From Bacteroidaceae bacterium (GTDB lineage: Bacteria; Bacillota; Clostridia; TANB77; CAG-508), in NCBI GenBank assembly GCA_963621875.1, contig CAVFFR010000003.1, positions 405-64,404 on the forward strand: DNA of 64,000 nt, given 5' to 3'. Shown piece after piece: positions 40,104 through 49,519 of the stretch. Every line of letters starts with the position of its first letter. The first letter of the stretch is position 1. A model generated the notes under the pieces. It searched no databases, was not told the DNA's origin, and saw only the letters and a list, made by a program, of their open reading frames with translations. The translations under genes were made by a program, and so were the position numbers.

Positions 40104-40830
40104 ATGCTTGTTTTTAATAAAAGAAGAATAGTTTTTTTAACAATGAGTATTATAACTCCAATAATGATTTTTACAATTCAAACTACTTCTCAAGATTTAA
40201 AGAAAAATAAAGCATCAATAGAAACAATGTCAGTTCCAGTAACATCAAAAATAATAGTATTAGATGCAGGACATCGGAGGAGAAGATGGAGGAGCTGTGA
40301 GTAATAATGGGGTAAGTGAGGCGTCTATTAATTTAAAAATAACTCTAAAACTTCAAAATTTATTAGAACAAAGTGGTGCAACAGTAATACTTACAAGGTC
40401 TGACGAAAATGCAATATATGATTTAAATAAAAAAACTTTAAGAGAAAAGAAAAACTCAGATATAAAAAACAGAGTAAAAATAGGAAATTCTGCAAGTGCA
40501 GATGTTTTTGTAAGCATACATCTAAACAAAATTCCACAAAGTCAATACAGTGGGTGGCAGACTTTTTACAAAAAGGATAATGAAGATAGCAAAAAATTAG
40601 CTATCTGTTTGCAAAATAATCTAAATGAGGCAATGCAAAAAGAAAACAAAAGAGTACCCCTTCAAATTGATAATGTTTATATAATAAAATATGTAGAAAT
40701 TCCAACATGTATTGTAGAGTGTGGATTTTTATCAAATCCAGATGAAGAAAAAAATTTACAAGATGATGTATATCAAGACAAACTTGCCTGGGGAATTTAT
40801 AATGGAATTATGAGTTACTTTTCTGAATAA
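40104..40830 (+). pseudogene. cwlD: CwlD-like N-acetylmuramoyl-L-alanine amidase (Amidase_3), broken by a +1 frameshift
   Basis: Frame 1 gives a TM and then ...SKIIVLDAGH, followed by RRRRWRSCE*. Frame 2 continues GGEDGGAVSNNGVSEASINLKI...FVSIHLN...VECGFLSN. Removing the single C at 40275 (CAT-C-GGA) restores the conserved DAGHGGEDGGA motif. Confidence 0.8.
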
Positions 40831-40946
40831 AAAATAAAATGTCTAATTTTGAAAAAAGATGTTGAAAAAAATATTTTAATATGGTAATGTTATATTATGA
40901 TATTTAGTTTATAAGAACTGAATTGAAAACGAAAGGGGGGAAAAAT

Positions 40947-41429
40947 ATGGACTATTCATACTATTATACTACAGCAGAAGCAGATTCACTAGCAACAGCT
41001 GGCGCAACGGCCACATTAGGTGCAATGTTTGCAACATATGGACTAGTAATGATTGCTGTTTATGTATTATTAATAATAGCACAATGGAAAATATTTACTA
41101 AAGCTGGAGAGGCAGGTTGGAAATCATTAATTCCAATTTATAATTTGGTAGTTTTATACAAAATAGTAGGATTATCACCTTGGTTACTATTGATTTATTT
41201 AACAGCAATTATTCCAGTGGTTGGCTATATTGCAATATTAGTATTGTCTATTATTTCAATGGTAAAATTAGGACAAGCTTTTGGTAAATCAGGTGGATTT
41301 ATAGTAGGACTTGTATTATTAGGGCCTATATTCCAAATGATTTTAGCATTCGGATCATCAGAGTATATTGGAAATGGTGAAACACCAGTTGCAAATACAG
41401 ATGTATCAAATGACAATAATGTACAATAA
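40947..41429 (+). CDS. Small polytopic membrane protein (DUF5684-like)
   Basis: AAGGGGGG precedes ATG 40947. WKIFTKAGEAGWKSLIPIYNLVVLYKIVGLSPW matches the remembered DUF5684 signature. There are 4 hydrophobic segments. Confidence 0.6.
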   Translation: MDYSYYYTTAEADSLATAGATATLGAMFATYGLVMIAVYVLLIIAQWKIFTKAGEAGWKSLIPIYNLVVLYKIVGLSPWLLLIYLTAIIPVVGYIAILVLSIISMVKLGQAFGKSGGFIVGLVLLGPIFQMILAFGSSEYIGNGETPVANTDVSNDNNVQ

Positions 41430-41471
41430 AAATAAATGAAATGAATAAGTTTTCCACTTCTTGGAGAAAAT

Positions 41472-44400
41472 ATGTGTAAAACATATACCAAGGAGTGGAT
41501 TTTTTTGAGCGAAAAAAAGAAATTAAATATAAAAGGAGCGATTTTAGATAAAACGCAACTAGAAGACTATTTAAACAAAATTGCTTCTGACCACATATTA
41601 ACAGAAAAATCTAGTAAAGAAACAAATCCTTTACCAAGATTAAAGGAGAACTTTTTTGTTATAAAAGAAGTGTATAAATTGCTAAATGAACATATAAAGC
41701 AATGTATTCCAATACATCCAGCAGGAGAATGGATTTTAGATAATTTATATATTATAGAAGAAGCTGTAAAAAGTATATCTAAAGAACTTACTCTAAAAAA
41801 ATATACGAATTTTTTAGGTCTTGCTAATGGAAGATATAAAGGTTTTGCCAGAGTTTATGTGTTAGCAACAGAGATGGTTGCTTATACTGACGGAAAAATA
41901 AATTCTGAAAACTTAGAAGAAATGTTAAAAGCATACCAAACTAAGAAAACACTTAGTATGAATGAGATATGGAGTATAGGCTTGTTTATCCAAATAGCAT
42001 TAATTGAAAATATAAGAGAAATATGTGAAACAATTTATATGTCACAACTTCAAAAATATAAAGTAGAAAATATTTTAGCCAAATTTTTTGATGAAGAAAA
42101 AAAGAAAAATAGAGTGCTTCAATTAAACAAAATATCGCAAATAAAAACTAATCAAATGAAAAACGCATTTGTAGAATATATGTCATATAAACTAAAAAAA
42201 TATGGAAGCCAAGCTTACCCGTATCTAAATATATTAGAAGAAGAAGTGGCAAAAACAGGCTCAGATATTTCTGAGATAGTAAAAAAAGAACATTTTGATA
42301 TTGCAGTAAAAAAAGTATCAATAGGAAACAATATTATATCTTTAAAAACAATGTCAAGAATAAATTTTTTAGAAATTTTTGAAAGAATAAATAGAGTGGA
42401 AGACATACTAAAACAAGATCCAGTTGGTCAATATCAATTGATGGATGGAGATACAAAAACATATTACAGAAATGCAATAGCAGAAATATCTAAAAAGACT
42501 AAAATATCTGAAATATATATAGCAAAGAAGTGCTTAGAATTAGCACAAAAAGAAGAAAAAAACGAAAAGAAAAAACATATTGGCTATTATCTAATAGCAG
42601 ATGGAAAAGAAGAACTTTTAAATAATTTACTAGACAAAAAGATAAAAATAAAAACAAATTATGAAAGAACAAAAACTTATATAAAATCAATATGGGGGAG
42701 CAGTATAGCAGTAAGCTTGCTATTTTGTATCAATATGTATTTTATATTAAATAATCAATGGTGGTTAAAAATATTATTGTCAGCTATATTATTTTGTGTG
42801 ATACTCGTACCAATAGAAAATATAATGTCAAAAATTGCTCAATACATTCTTAGCAAAATTGTAAAGCCAAAACTAATTCCAAAATTAGATTTCCAAAATG
42901 GAATTCCAGAAAAATATAAAACAATGGTAGTAGTTCCAACAATAATAAAAAGCAAGGAAAAAGTTAGAGAATTAATGAAAAAACTCGAAGTTTATTACAT
43001 TGCAAATAAAAGTGAAAATTTATATTTTACTCTTTTAGGCGATTGCAGTTCTGGAAGTAAAGAAATCGAAAATTTTGATGAAGAAGTTATAAGAGCAGGG
43101 ATAGAAGAAATAGAAAAATTAAATAAAAAATATGGAGAGAAATTTAATTTTATTTATAGAAAAAGAAAATGGAATGCAAATGAAGAATGTTATATGGGTT
43201 GGGAAAGAAAAAGAGGTTTGCTAAATCAATTTAATGAGTATTTGTTAGGAAATATAGCAAATCCGTTTAGAATAAGCACTTTTAAAGATATTGAAGAATT
43301 TAAAAATACACAATATATAATTACACTAGATTCTGATACAGATTTAACATTAAATTCGGCTTTAAAGCTAGTTGGAGCCATGGCTCATATATTAAATAAA
43401 CCAATACTAAATAATAACAAAGATTTAGTAATATCTGGACACGCAATAATGCAACCAAGAGTCGGAATAGGTTTGCTAGAAAGTAGAAAAAGTATATTTA
43501 CTCAAATTTATGCAGGAGAAGGAGGAACAGATTCTTATACAAATGTCATATCAAACACATATCAAGACAATTTTGATGAAGGAATATTTACAGGAAAAGG
43601 AATATATGATGTAAATATTTTTTCAAAAGTATTGGAAGGGGAAATAAGAGAAAATGCAGTATTAAGTCACGATTTATTAGAAGGAAATTATTTAAGATGT
43701 GGTCTATTATCAGATGTAATGTTAATGGATGGATATCCAACAAATTATTTAAGTTTTAGAACGAGATTATATAGATGGATAAGAGGAGATTTTCAGATAC
43801 TTCCGTGGCTAAAAAGGACAATAGTAAACAAAAAAGGAGAAAGAAAAAATAATCCGTTAGGATTACTAAGTAAATACAAAATATTTAGCAATATAGTAAG
43901 AAGCAAAGTGGAATTTTTTGCGTTAATGACAATTATATATTCTTTGCTACTTGCAAAAATACTAAAATTAGAATTAATCAACTTTGCACTAATAGGGTTA
44001 ATAGCAATATTAATTCCTACTGTAATAGATATTGTAAATGTTGCTATAAGCAAAAAAGATAGGATAATAAAAACTAAAAAATTTGTAAACACAATAGATG
44101 GGCTTAGAGCTAGTTTACTTAGAGGAGTTTTAGATTTTCTATTAATACCTGATAAAGCTTATATAACAACAAAAGCAGAAATAAAAACTATATATAGGAT
44201 GACAAAAACGAAGAAGTATTTATTAGAATGGACAACTTCGGAAGAAGCGGAAAGAACAGCAAAAACTGATTTAATATCTTATTATAAAGAGATGAGAGCA
44301 AACTCAATATTGGCTATATTGGGACTTATAGCATATTTTTGCATAACAATCACAAAGCCAACATTTTTAGTGGAATTAATAATATTAATTTTAAGCCTAT

Positions 44401-47400
44401 TATGGTTGATAACTCCAGCGATAATGTGCCAAATAAGCAAGAAAAATAAACAAGTATTAGCGATAGAGAAAATAAACAAGCAAGACAAAGAATACATTAT
44501 GGATGTGGGCTATAAAACTTGGCTATATTTTAAAGAAAACTTAATTCAAAGAGGGAACTATTTGCCTCCAGATAATTATCAAGAAGACAGAAAACCAAAA
44601 ATAGTAATGAGAACATCGCCAACCAATATAGGACTTGCCCTTCTTGCTGTAATGTCAAGCTATGACTTAAAATACGAAGATTTAGAAAATACAATAGAAC
44701 TTTTATATAAAATGATAAATACAATAAGTAATCTAACAAAATGGAATGGACATTTATATAATTGGTATAACATAGAAACCTTAGAACCACTTATACCAAG
44801 ATATATTTCATCAGTTGATAGTGGAAACTTTATAGGGTATCTTTATGTATTAAAACAATTTTTATTAAAGAAAAAAGAAGAAATAGAAAAAAACGAAACA
44901 ATATCAAAAATAAATGTAATGCTAGAAAATATAAAAAACATAATAAAACAAACAGACTTTGAAAAATTATATAACCACGAGAACAGACTATTTTCAATAG
45001 GATTTAATGTAGAAGATAATCAATTAACAGATTCTTACTATGATTTATTAGCATCTGAAGCAAGGCAAACAAGTCTAATAGCAATAGCTAAAAAAGATAT
45101 TTCAGAAAAACATTGGTACAACTTAAGCAGAACTTTGACAACATTGAATGGATATAAAGGCTTGGTTTCTTGGTCTGGAACATCATTTGAATATTTGATG
45201 CCAACAGTAAACATTCCGCAATACTCAGGTAGTATATTAGATGAATCTTGTAAATTTATGATAATGAGTCAGTTGGAATATGCAAAAAAATTAGGAATAC
45301 CATGGGGAATATCAGAAGCGGCATTCAATTTAAGAGATCTAAATAATAACTACCAATACAAAGCATTTGGAATTCCTTGGCTGGGACTAAAAAGAGGACT
45401 CTCTGACGAAATTGTGGTATCAACATATGGTTCAGTACTTGCAATAAATGAGTTACCAAAAGAAGTTTTGAATAATCTAAAAATATTAGAACAAGAAAAA
45501 ATGTATGATAAATATGGATTTTATGAAGCAATAGACTTTACACCTGGCAGAACAAAAAATGGATATACACCAGTAAAAACATATATGGCACACCACCAAG
45601 GTTTAATACTATTATCAATAAATAATTTGATAAATAAAAATATAATACAGAAAAGATTTATGAATAATCCAGAGATTCAAGCTGTAAATATTTTATTGCA
45701 AGAAAAAATGCCAGAAAATATGATAATAACAAAAGAAGAAAAAGAAAAGGTAGATAAAATTAAATATCAAGATTACGAAAATTATACGCAAAGGCAATAC
45801 AGTAAAATAAACGAAAATTTAAATATATCTAATGTAATAGCAAATGACAAATATACAATAATAATGGATCAATTTGGAAATGGATATAGCAAATACAAAA
45901 ATTTGCAAGTAAATAGATACAAAGAAACTGATGAAGCTCAACAGGGAATAATGTTCTATATAAAGAATATTAGAAACAAAAATATTTGGACAAATACGTA
46001 TTCAAAAGTCGGAAAGAAACCAGACAAATATAATTTAGTATTCGCACCAGAAATGGATAAAACAATAAGGGTGGACGAAAGCATTGAAACAATAACAAAA
46101 ACGATAGTAGACACGGATGAACCTGTGGAAGTAAGAAGGTTAGAATTAAAAAATACAGGAGCTATAGAAGAAATATTGGAGATTACAGCATTTATAGAGC
46201 CCATAATATCTGATAGAATGCAAGACTACGCACACAAAGCATTTAATAATTTATTCTTGTCATATGAGTATATAGACAGTACAAATACAATTTTAATAAA
46301 GAGAAAAGCACATACAGCTTCAGAACAAGATGTCTATATGGCAGTAAATTTATTTGCACAAAACAACACAATAGGAGAAGTTGAATATGAAATAGACAAA
46401 GAAAAATTTTTCGGAAGATGCAATTATAAAATTCCAAGGGAAGTAGAAAATTCAATACCATTTAGCAGAAAAATTGGTTATACAACAGATCCAATTGTTG
46501 CAATGAAACAAACTATAAATATAAAACCAGAAGAAACGACATATATAGACTTGATAATATCTGTGGGAGAAGACAAAGAAACTGTATTAAAGAATGTTGT
46601 TAGATTTATGAATAATGAAAACACAAAAAGAACTTTTGAACTTTTAAAAGCTAAGAGTGAAGCGGAAAATAGATATTTAGGCTTAAAGGGAAAAGATATA
46701 GAGATATATCAACAAATTTTGTCATATATATTATTTGCACCAAAAGTAGATATAAAGAAGAATCAATACAATGAAAACACTCAATATCCAGTATCAAATT
46801 TGTGGAAATATGGAATATCAGGAGATTTACCAATATTACTGGTTAAAATAAAAGATATTAATGATATAGATATAATCAAAGAAGTATTAAGTGCATATGA
46901 ATTTTTTAGAGTTAAAAATATAAATATTGATTTGGTAATATTAAATGAAGAAAAAGAAAGCTACGAAAATTATGTAAGAGATGCTATACAAACAGCGGTA
47001 CTAAACAAAAACCTGGCATATTTATTAAATATTCCAGGGGGGATATTTTGTTTAGAAAATGTGGAAAGCAAAGATAAGAAACTATTGGAAATGCGAGCAA
47101 ACTTAATAGTAAATGCAAATTACAGTTCACTGGAAATTCAAATGAAGGAAATAGAACATAAAATATTAGACAATGTAAAAGAGGTTGCTTACGATTCAAA
47201 TAAAGAAATAAATTTTGAAAGCGAAATAGACACGGAAATGATATTAGACGAAAAAGAGTTAAAATATTTTAATGAATTTGGTGGGTTTGCCAAAAACGGA
47301 AAAGAATATCAAATCAAATTAAGGTCAAATAGCACCTTACCAACTGTTTGGAGTCATATCATAACAAACGGTAAATTTGGAACATTAACGACAGAAAATA

Positions 47401-49184
47401 TGGGTGGATACACTTGGAATAAAAATAGTAAACTAAATAGAATAACAGCGTGGTCAAATGATCAAGTAACAGATACTCCTTCAGAAATAATATATATAAA
47501 AGATAAGGACACAAATAAGAAGTGGTCAGTTGGATATAATCCATTGCATGACGAAAATGAATATTATGCTATTTATGGATTTGGTTATGCAAAGTATATT
47601 CATACTTCTTCAAAAATAAAGCAAGCAGTAGATATATTTGTGCCGAAAAATGATAATGTTAAAATAAATTTATTAACACTAGAAAACAAAAATCCTAAAA
47701 GAAAAAATCTAAAATTGATATATTATATAAAACCTGTGTTAGGAGAAGATGAAATAAAAACTAACAAATATATATATACAAACTTTAACACAGCATCAAA
47801 TACAATATTTTTAAAAAACTTAATGAATGAGAAAAAAGAAGACTTGACTTTTGTAACATCTAGTGAAAAAATAAAATCTTATACAGGTAGCAAAAGTTCC
47901 TTTTTAAAAAATTCTGGAATAAGTTCTCCTGCTGGATTAGATCAGATAGAGTTAAGTAGAGAAAACTCTTTTGGAAAAAATAGTATAATGGCAATAATGA
48001 TAGATGTAACAATAGAAGCTTTTTCGACTAAAGAAATATCATTTGTACTAGGAAGTGCAGAAAACAAAGAAGAAGCTTTGGATATTGCATATAAATATTC
48101 AAATATAGGAAATTGCAAAAATGAATATGAAACTATAAAGAAATATTGGAATGACTTGGTAAATAGATTGCAAGTTAATACACCAATGGAATCTACAAAC
48201 ATTTTATTAAATGGGTGGCTGATATATCAAACAATTTGTGCAAGGTTATGTGGAAGAACAGGATTTTACCAATCGGGTGGAGCATATGGATTTAGAGATC
48301 AGCTTCAGGATACTATGGCTGCAAAATATATTGAGCCAGAAATGGCAAGGAAGCAGATATTAAAAAGTGCAAGACATCAATTCATAGAAGGTGATGTTGA
48401 ACATTGGTGGCACGAGGAGACAAGCAGGGGAATAAGAACAAGAATTTCAGATGACTTGTTATGGCTAGCATATGTAACAGAAGACTATATAAGCTTTACC
48501 AATGATTATCAAATTTTAGATGAAGAAATAACCTACAAAGAAGGCAAAATTTTAGCACCAGACGAAAATGAAAGATATGATTTATATAAAGATTCTCAAA
48601 CAAAAGAAAGCTTATATATGCATTGCATAAAAGCAATAGAAAAGTCACTAAACTTTGGTAAGCACGGACTTCCTAAAATAGGAACAGGAGACTGGAATGA
48701 TGGGTTTAGCAATGTGGGTAGTAAAGGAACAGGAGAAAGTGTATGGCTAGGATTTTTTTTATACGAAGTATTAAAAAAGTTTATACCAATATGCAAGTAT
48801 AAAAATGATAACGCAAGAGCAGAAAAATATATGGAAATAATGGAAAAACTAAAAAGAACATTAAATACAGAAGGCTGGGACAGCAGATGGTATAAAAGAG
48901 CATTTACAGATAATGAAGAAACATTAGGAAGCTTGCAAAACGAAGAATGTAAAATAGACAATATATCTCAAAGCTGGGCAACAATTTCTGAAGCGGGAGA
49001 AAATGACAAAAAATATATAGCCATGGAAAGTTTGGAGAACCACTTAATAGACAAAGAAATAGGAATAATAAAATTACTAGATCCACCGTTTGAAAAAAGT
49101 AAATTAGAACCAGGATATATAAAATCATATCTACCAGGGACAAGAGAAAATGGAGGACAATACACACATGAGTGTTGTTGTTAG
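41472..49184 (+). CDS. Cyclic beta-1,2-glucan synthase-like giant protein (GT84-like transferase plus GH94 phosphorylase), 5' portion, truncated by insertion
   Basis: The start could be the TTG at 41505, 8 nt after GGAGTGG. GT motifs are ITLDSDTDL, AIMQPRV, LSHDLLEG and RLYRWIRGDFQILPW, with multiple TMs. PPDNYQEDRKPKIVMRTSPTNIGLALL is also present. GH94 motifs are GFRDQLQD, HWWHEETSRGIRTRISDDLLWL and GTGDWNDG. The ORF ends ...RENGGQYTH followed by the foreign ECCC*. Confidence 0.85.
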   Translation: MCKTYTKEWIFLSEKKKLNIKGAILDKTQLEDYLNKIASDHILTEKSSKETNPLPRLKENFFVIKEVYKLLNEHIKQCIPIHPAGEWILDNLYIIEEAVKSISKELTLKKYTNFLGLANGRYKGFARVYVLATEMVAYTDGKINSENLEEMLKAYQTKKTLSMNEIWSIGLFIQIALIENIREICETIYMSQLQKYKVENILAKFFDEEKKKNRVLQLNKISQIKTNQMKNAFVEYMSYKLKKYGSQAYPYLNILEEEVAKTGSDISEIVKKEHFDIAVKKVSIGNNIISLKTMSRINFLEIFERINRVEDILKQDPVGQYQLMDGDTKTYYRNAIAEISKKTKISEIYIAKKCLELAQKEEKNEKKKHIGYYLIADGKEELLNNLLDKKIKIKTNYERTKTYIKSIWGSSIAVSLLFCINMYFILNNQWWLKILLSAILFCVILVPIENIMSKIAQYILSKIVKPKLIPKLDFQNGIPEKYKTMVVVPTIIKSKEKVRELMKKLEVYYIANKSENLYFTLLGDCSSGSKEIENFDEEVIRAGIEEIEKLNKKYGEKFNFIYRKRKWNANEECYMGWERKRGLLNQFNEYLLGNIANPFRISTFKDIEEFKNTQYIITLDSDTDLTLNSALKLVGAMAHILNKPILNNNKDLVISGHAIMQPRVGIGLLESRKSIFTQIYAGEGGTDSYTNVISNTYQDNFDEGIFTGKGIYDVNIFSKVLEGEIRENAVLSHDLLEGNYLRCGLLSDVMLMDGYPTNYLSFRTRLYRWIRGDFQILPWLKRTIVNKKGERKNNPLGLLSKYKIFSNIVRSKVEFFALMTIIYSLLLAKILKLELINFALIGLIAILIPTVIDIVNVAISKKDRIIKTKKFVNTIDGLRASLLRGVLDFLLIPDKAYITTKAEIKTIYRMTKTKKYLLEWTTSEEAERTAKTDLISYYKEMRANSILAILGLIAYFCITITKPTFLVELIILILSLLWLITPAIMCQISKKNKQVLAIEKINKQDKEYIMDVGYKTWLYFKENLIQRGNYLPPDNYQEDRKPKIVMRTSPTNIGLALLAVMSSYDLKYEDLENTIELLYKMINTISNLTKWNGHLYNWYNIETLEPLIPRYISSVDSGNFIGYLYVLKQFLLKKKEEIEKNETISKINVMLENIKNIIKQTDFEKLYNHENRLFSIGFNVEDNQLTDSYYDLLASEARQTSLIAIAKKDISEKHWYNLSRTLTTLNGYKGLVSWSGTSFEYLMPTVNIPQYSGSILDESCKFMIMSQLEYAKKLGIPWGISEAAFNLRDLNNNYQYKAFGIPWLGLKRGLSDEIVVSTYGSVLAINELPKEVLNNLKILEQEKMYDKYGFYEAIDFTPGRTKNGYTPVKTYMAHHQGLILLSINNLINKNIIQKRFMNNPEIQAVNILLQEKMPENMIITKEEKEKVDKIKYQDYENYTQRQYSKINENLNISNVIANDKYTIIMDQFGNGYSKYKNLQVNRYKETDEAQQGIMFYIKNIRNKNIWTNTYSKVGKKPDKYNLVFAPEMDKTIRVDESIETITKTIVDTDEPVEVRRLELKNTGAIEEILEITAFIEPIISDRMQDYAHKAFNNLFLSYEYIDSTNTILIKRKAHTASEQDVYMAVNLFAQNNTIGEVEYEIDKEKFFGRCNYKIPREVENSIPFSRKIGYTTDPIVAMKQTINIKPEETTYIDLIISVGEDKETVLKNVVRFMNNENTKRTFELLKAKSEAENRYLGLKGKDIEIYQQILSYILFAPKVDIKKNQYNENTQYPVSNLWKYGISGDLPILLVKIKDINDIDIIKEVLSAYEFFRVKNINIDLVILNEEKESYENYVRDAIQTAVLNKNLAYLLNIPGGIFCLENVESKDKKLLEMRANLIVNANYSSLEIQMKEIEHKILDNVKEVAYDSNKEINFESEIDTEMILDEKELKYFNEFGGFAKNGKEYQIKLRSNSTLPTVWSHIITNGKFGTLTTENMGGYTWNKNSKLNRITAWSNDQVTDTPSEIIYIKDKDTNKKWSVGYNPLHDENEYYAIYGFGYAKYIHTSSKIKQAVDIFVPKNDNVKINLLTLENKNPKRKNLKLIYYIKPVLGEDEIKTNKYIYTNFNTASNTIFLKNLMNEKKEDLTFVTSSEKIKSYTGSKSSFLKNSGISSPAGLDQIELSRENSFGKNSIMAIMIDVTIEAFSTKEISFVLGSAENKEEALDIAYKYSNIGNCKNEYETIKKYWNDLVNRLQVNTPMESTNILLNGWLIYQTICARLCGRTGFYQSGGAYGFRDQLQDTMAAKYIEPEMARKQILKSARHQFIEGDVEHWWHEETSRGIRTRISDDLLWLAYVTEDYISFTNDYQILDEEITYKEGKILAPDENERYDLYKDSQTKESLYMHCIKAIEKSLNFGKHGLPKIGTGDWNDGFSNVGSKGTGESVWLGFFLYEVLKKFIPICKYKNDNARAEKYMEIMEKLKRTLNTEGWDSRWYKRAFTDNEETLGSLQNEECKIDNISQSWATISEAGENDKKYIAMESLENHLIDKEIGIIKLLDPPFEKSKLEPGYIKSYLPGTRENGGQYTHECCC

Positions 49185-49200
49185 CACCAGTTTTTAAGTT
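49140..49200. repeat. attL junction (host GGQYTH codons | element)
   Basis: ...GGAGGACAATAC-ACACATG-AGTGTTGTTGTTAGCACCAGTTTTTAAG. The element arm carries GTTGTTGTT and TTTTTAAG, which mirror the right-end arm. Confidence 0.7.
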
Positions 49201-49386
49201 AGCCGTTCGAACGCAGTGAGTTACAGATAACTTATGCAACTGAGCGATAGCGAAGTTGTAATCCTTATAAAAAATATTGATACTCTTAAAAATACATATT
49301 GTTATTGATTTTGCATCAAAAGTATAAAAAAACACGCCTTATTGATACAAAATTAGTGATAAAATCAAAATAATACAGCAAATTTT

Positions 49387-49514
49387 AAAAAATGTGAAAC
49401 AAATTAAAGAAAAAATGCAAAAAAGTTTCACATTTTTTAAAATTTATGATATAATAAAAATGTGAAACAAAATCAAATAAATTAAGCAAAAATGTTTCAC
49501 ATTTATAAGGAGGA
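49387..49514 (+). promoter_or_regulatory. Promoter of the Fic-like operon bracketed by two copies of a long-spacer palindrome
   Basis: IR-1 is perfect over 14 bp: AAAAAATGTGAAAC (49387-49400) pairs with GTTTCACATTTTTT (49425-49438), spacer 24 nt. The promoter is TTCACA (49427-49432), a 17-nt spacer, then TATAAT (49450-49455). IR-2 pairs AAATGTGAAAC (49458-49468) with GTTTCACATTT (49494-49504), spacer 25 nt. The RBS AAGGAGG is at 49508-49514. Confidence 0.6.
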
Positions 49515-49519
49515 AAATC

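Noticed and set aside
49185-49265. Short shared strings (ACGCAG, CGAAGTT) between the sub-terminal regions 49185-49265 and 61840-61890, considered as extra terminal repeats.
   Set aside because: Only 6-7-nt matches in different spacing were found, which is compatible with chance. The LSR att arms nearer the core explain the ends.
48904-49335. 143-aa minus-strand ORF crossing attL, and the similar 91-aa ORF at 61813-62088 crossing attR.
   Set aside because: Both span the host/element junctions, so they would be chimeric products of the insertion. Both are antisense low complexity.
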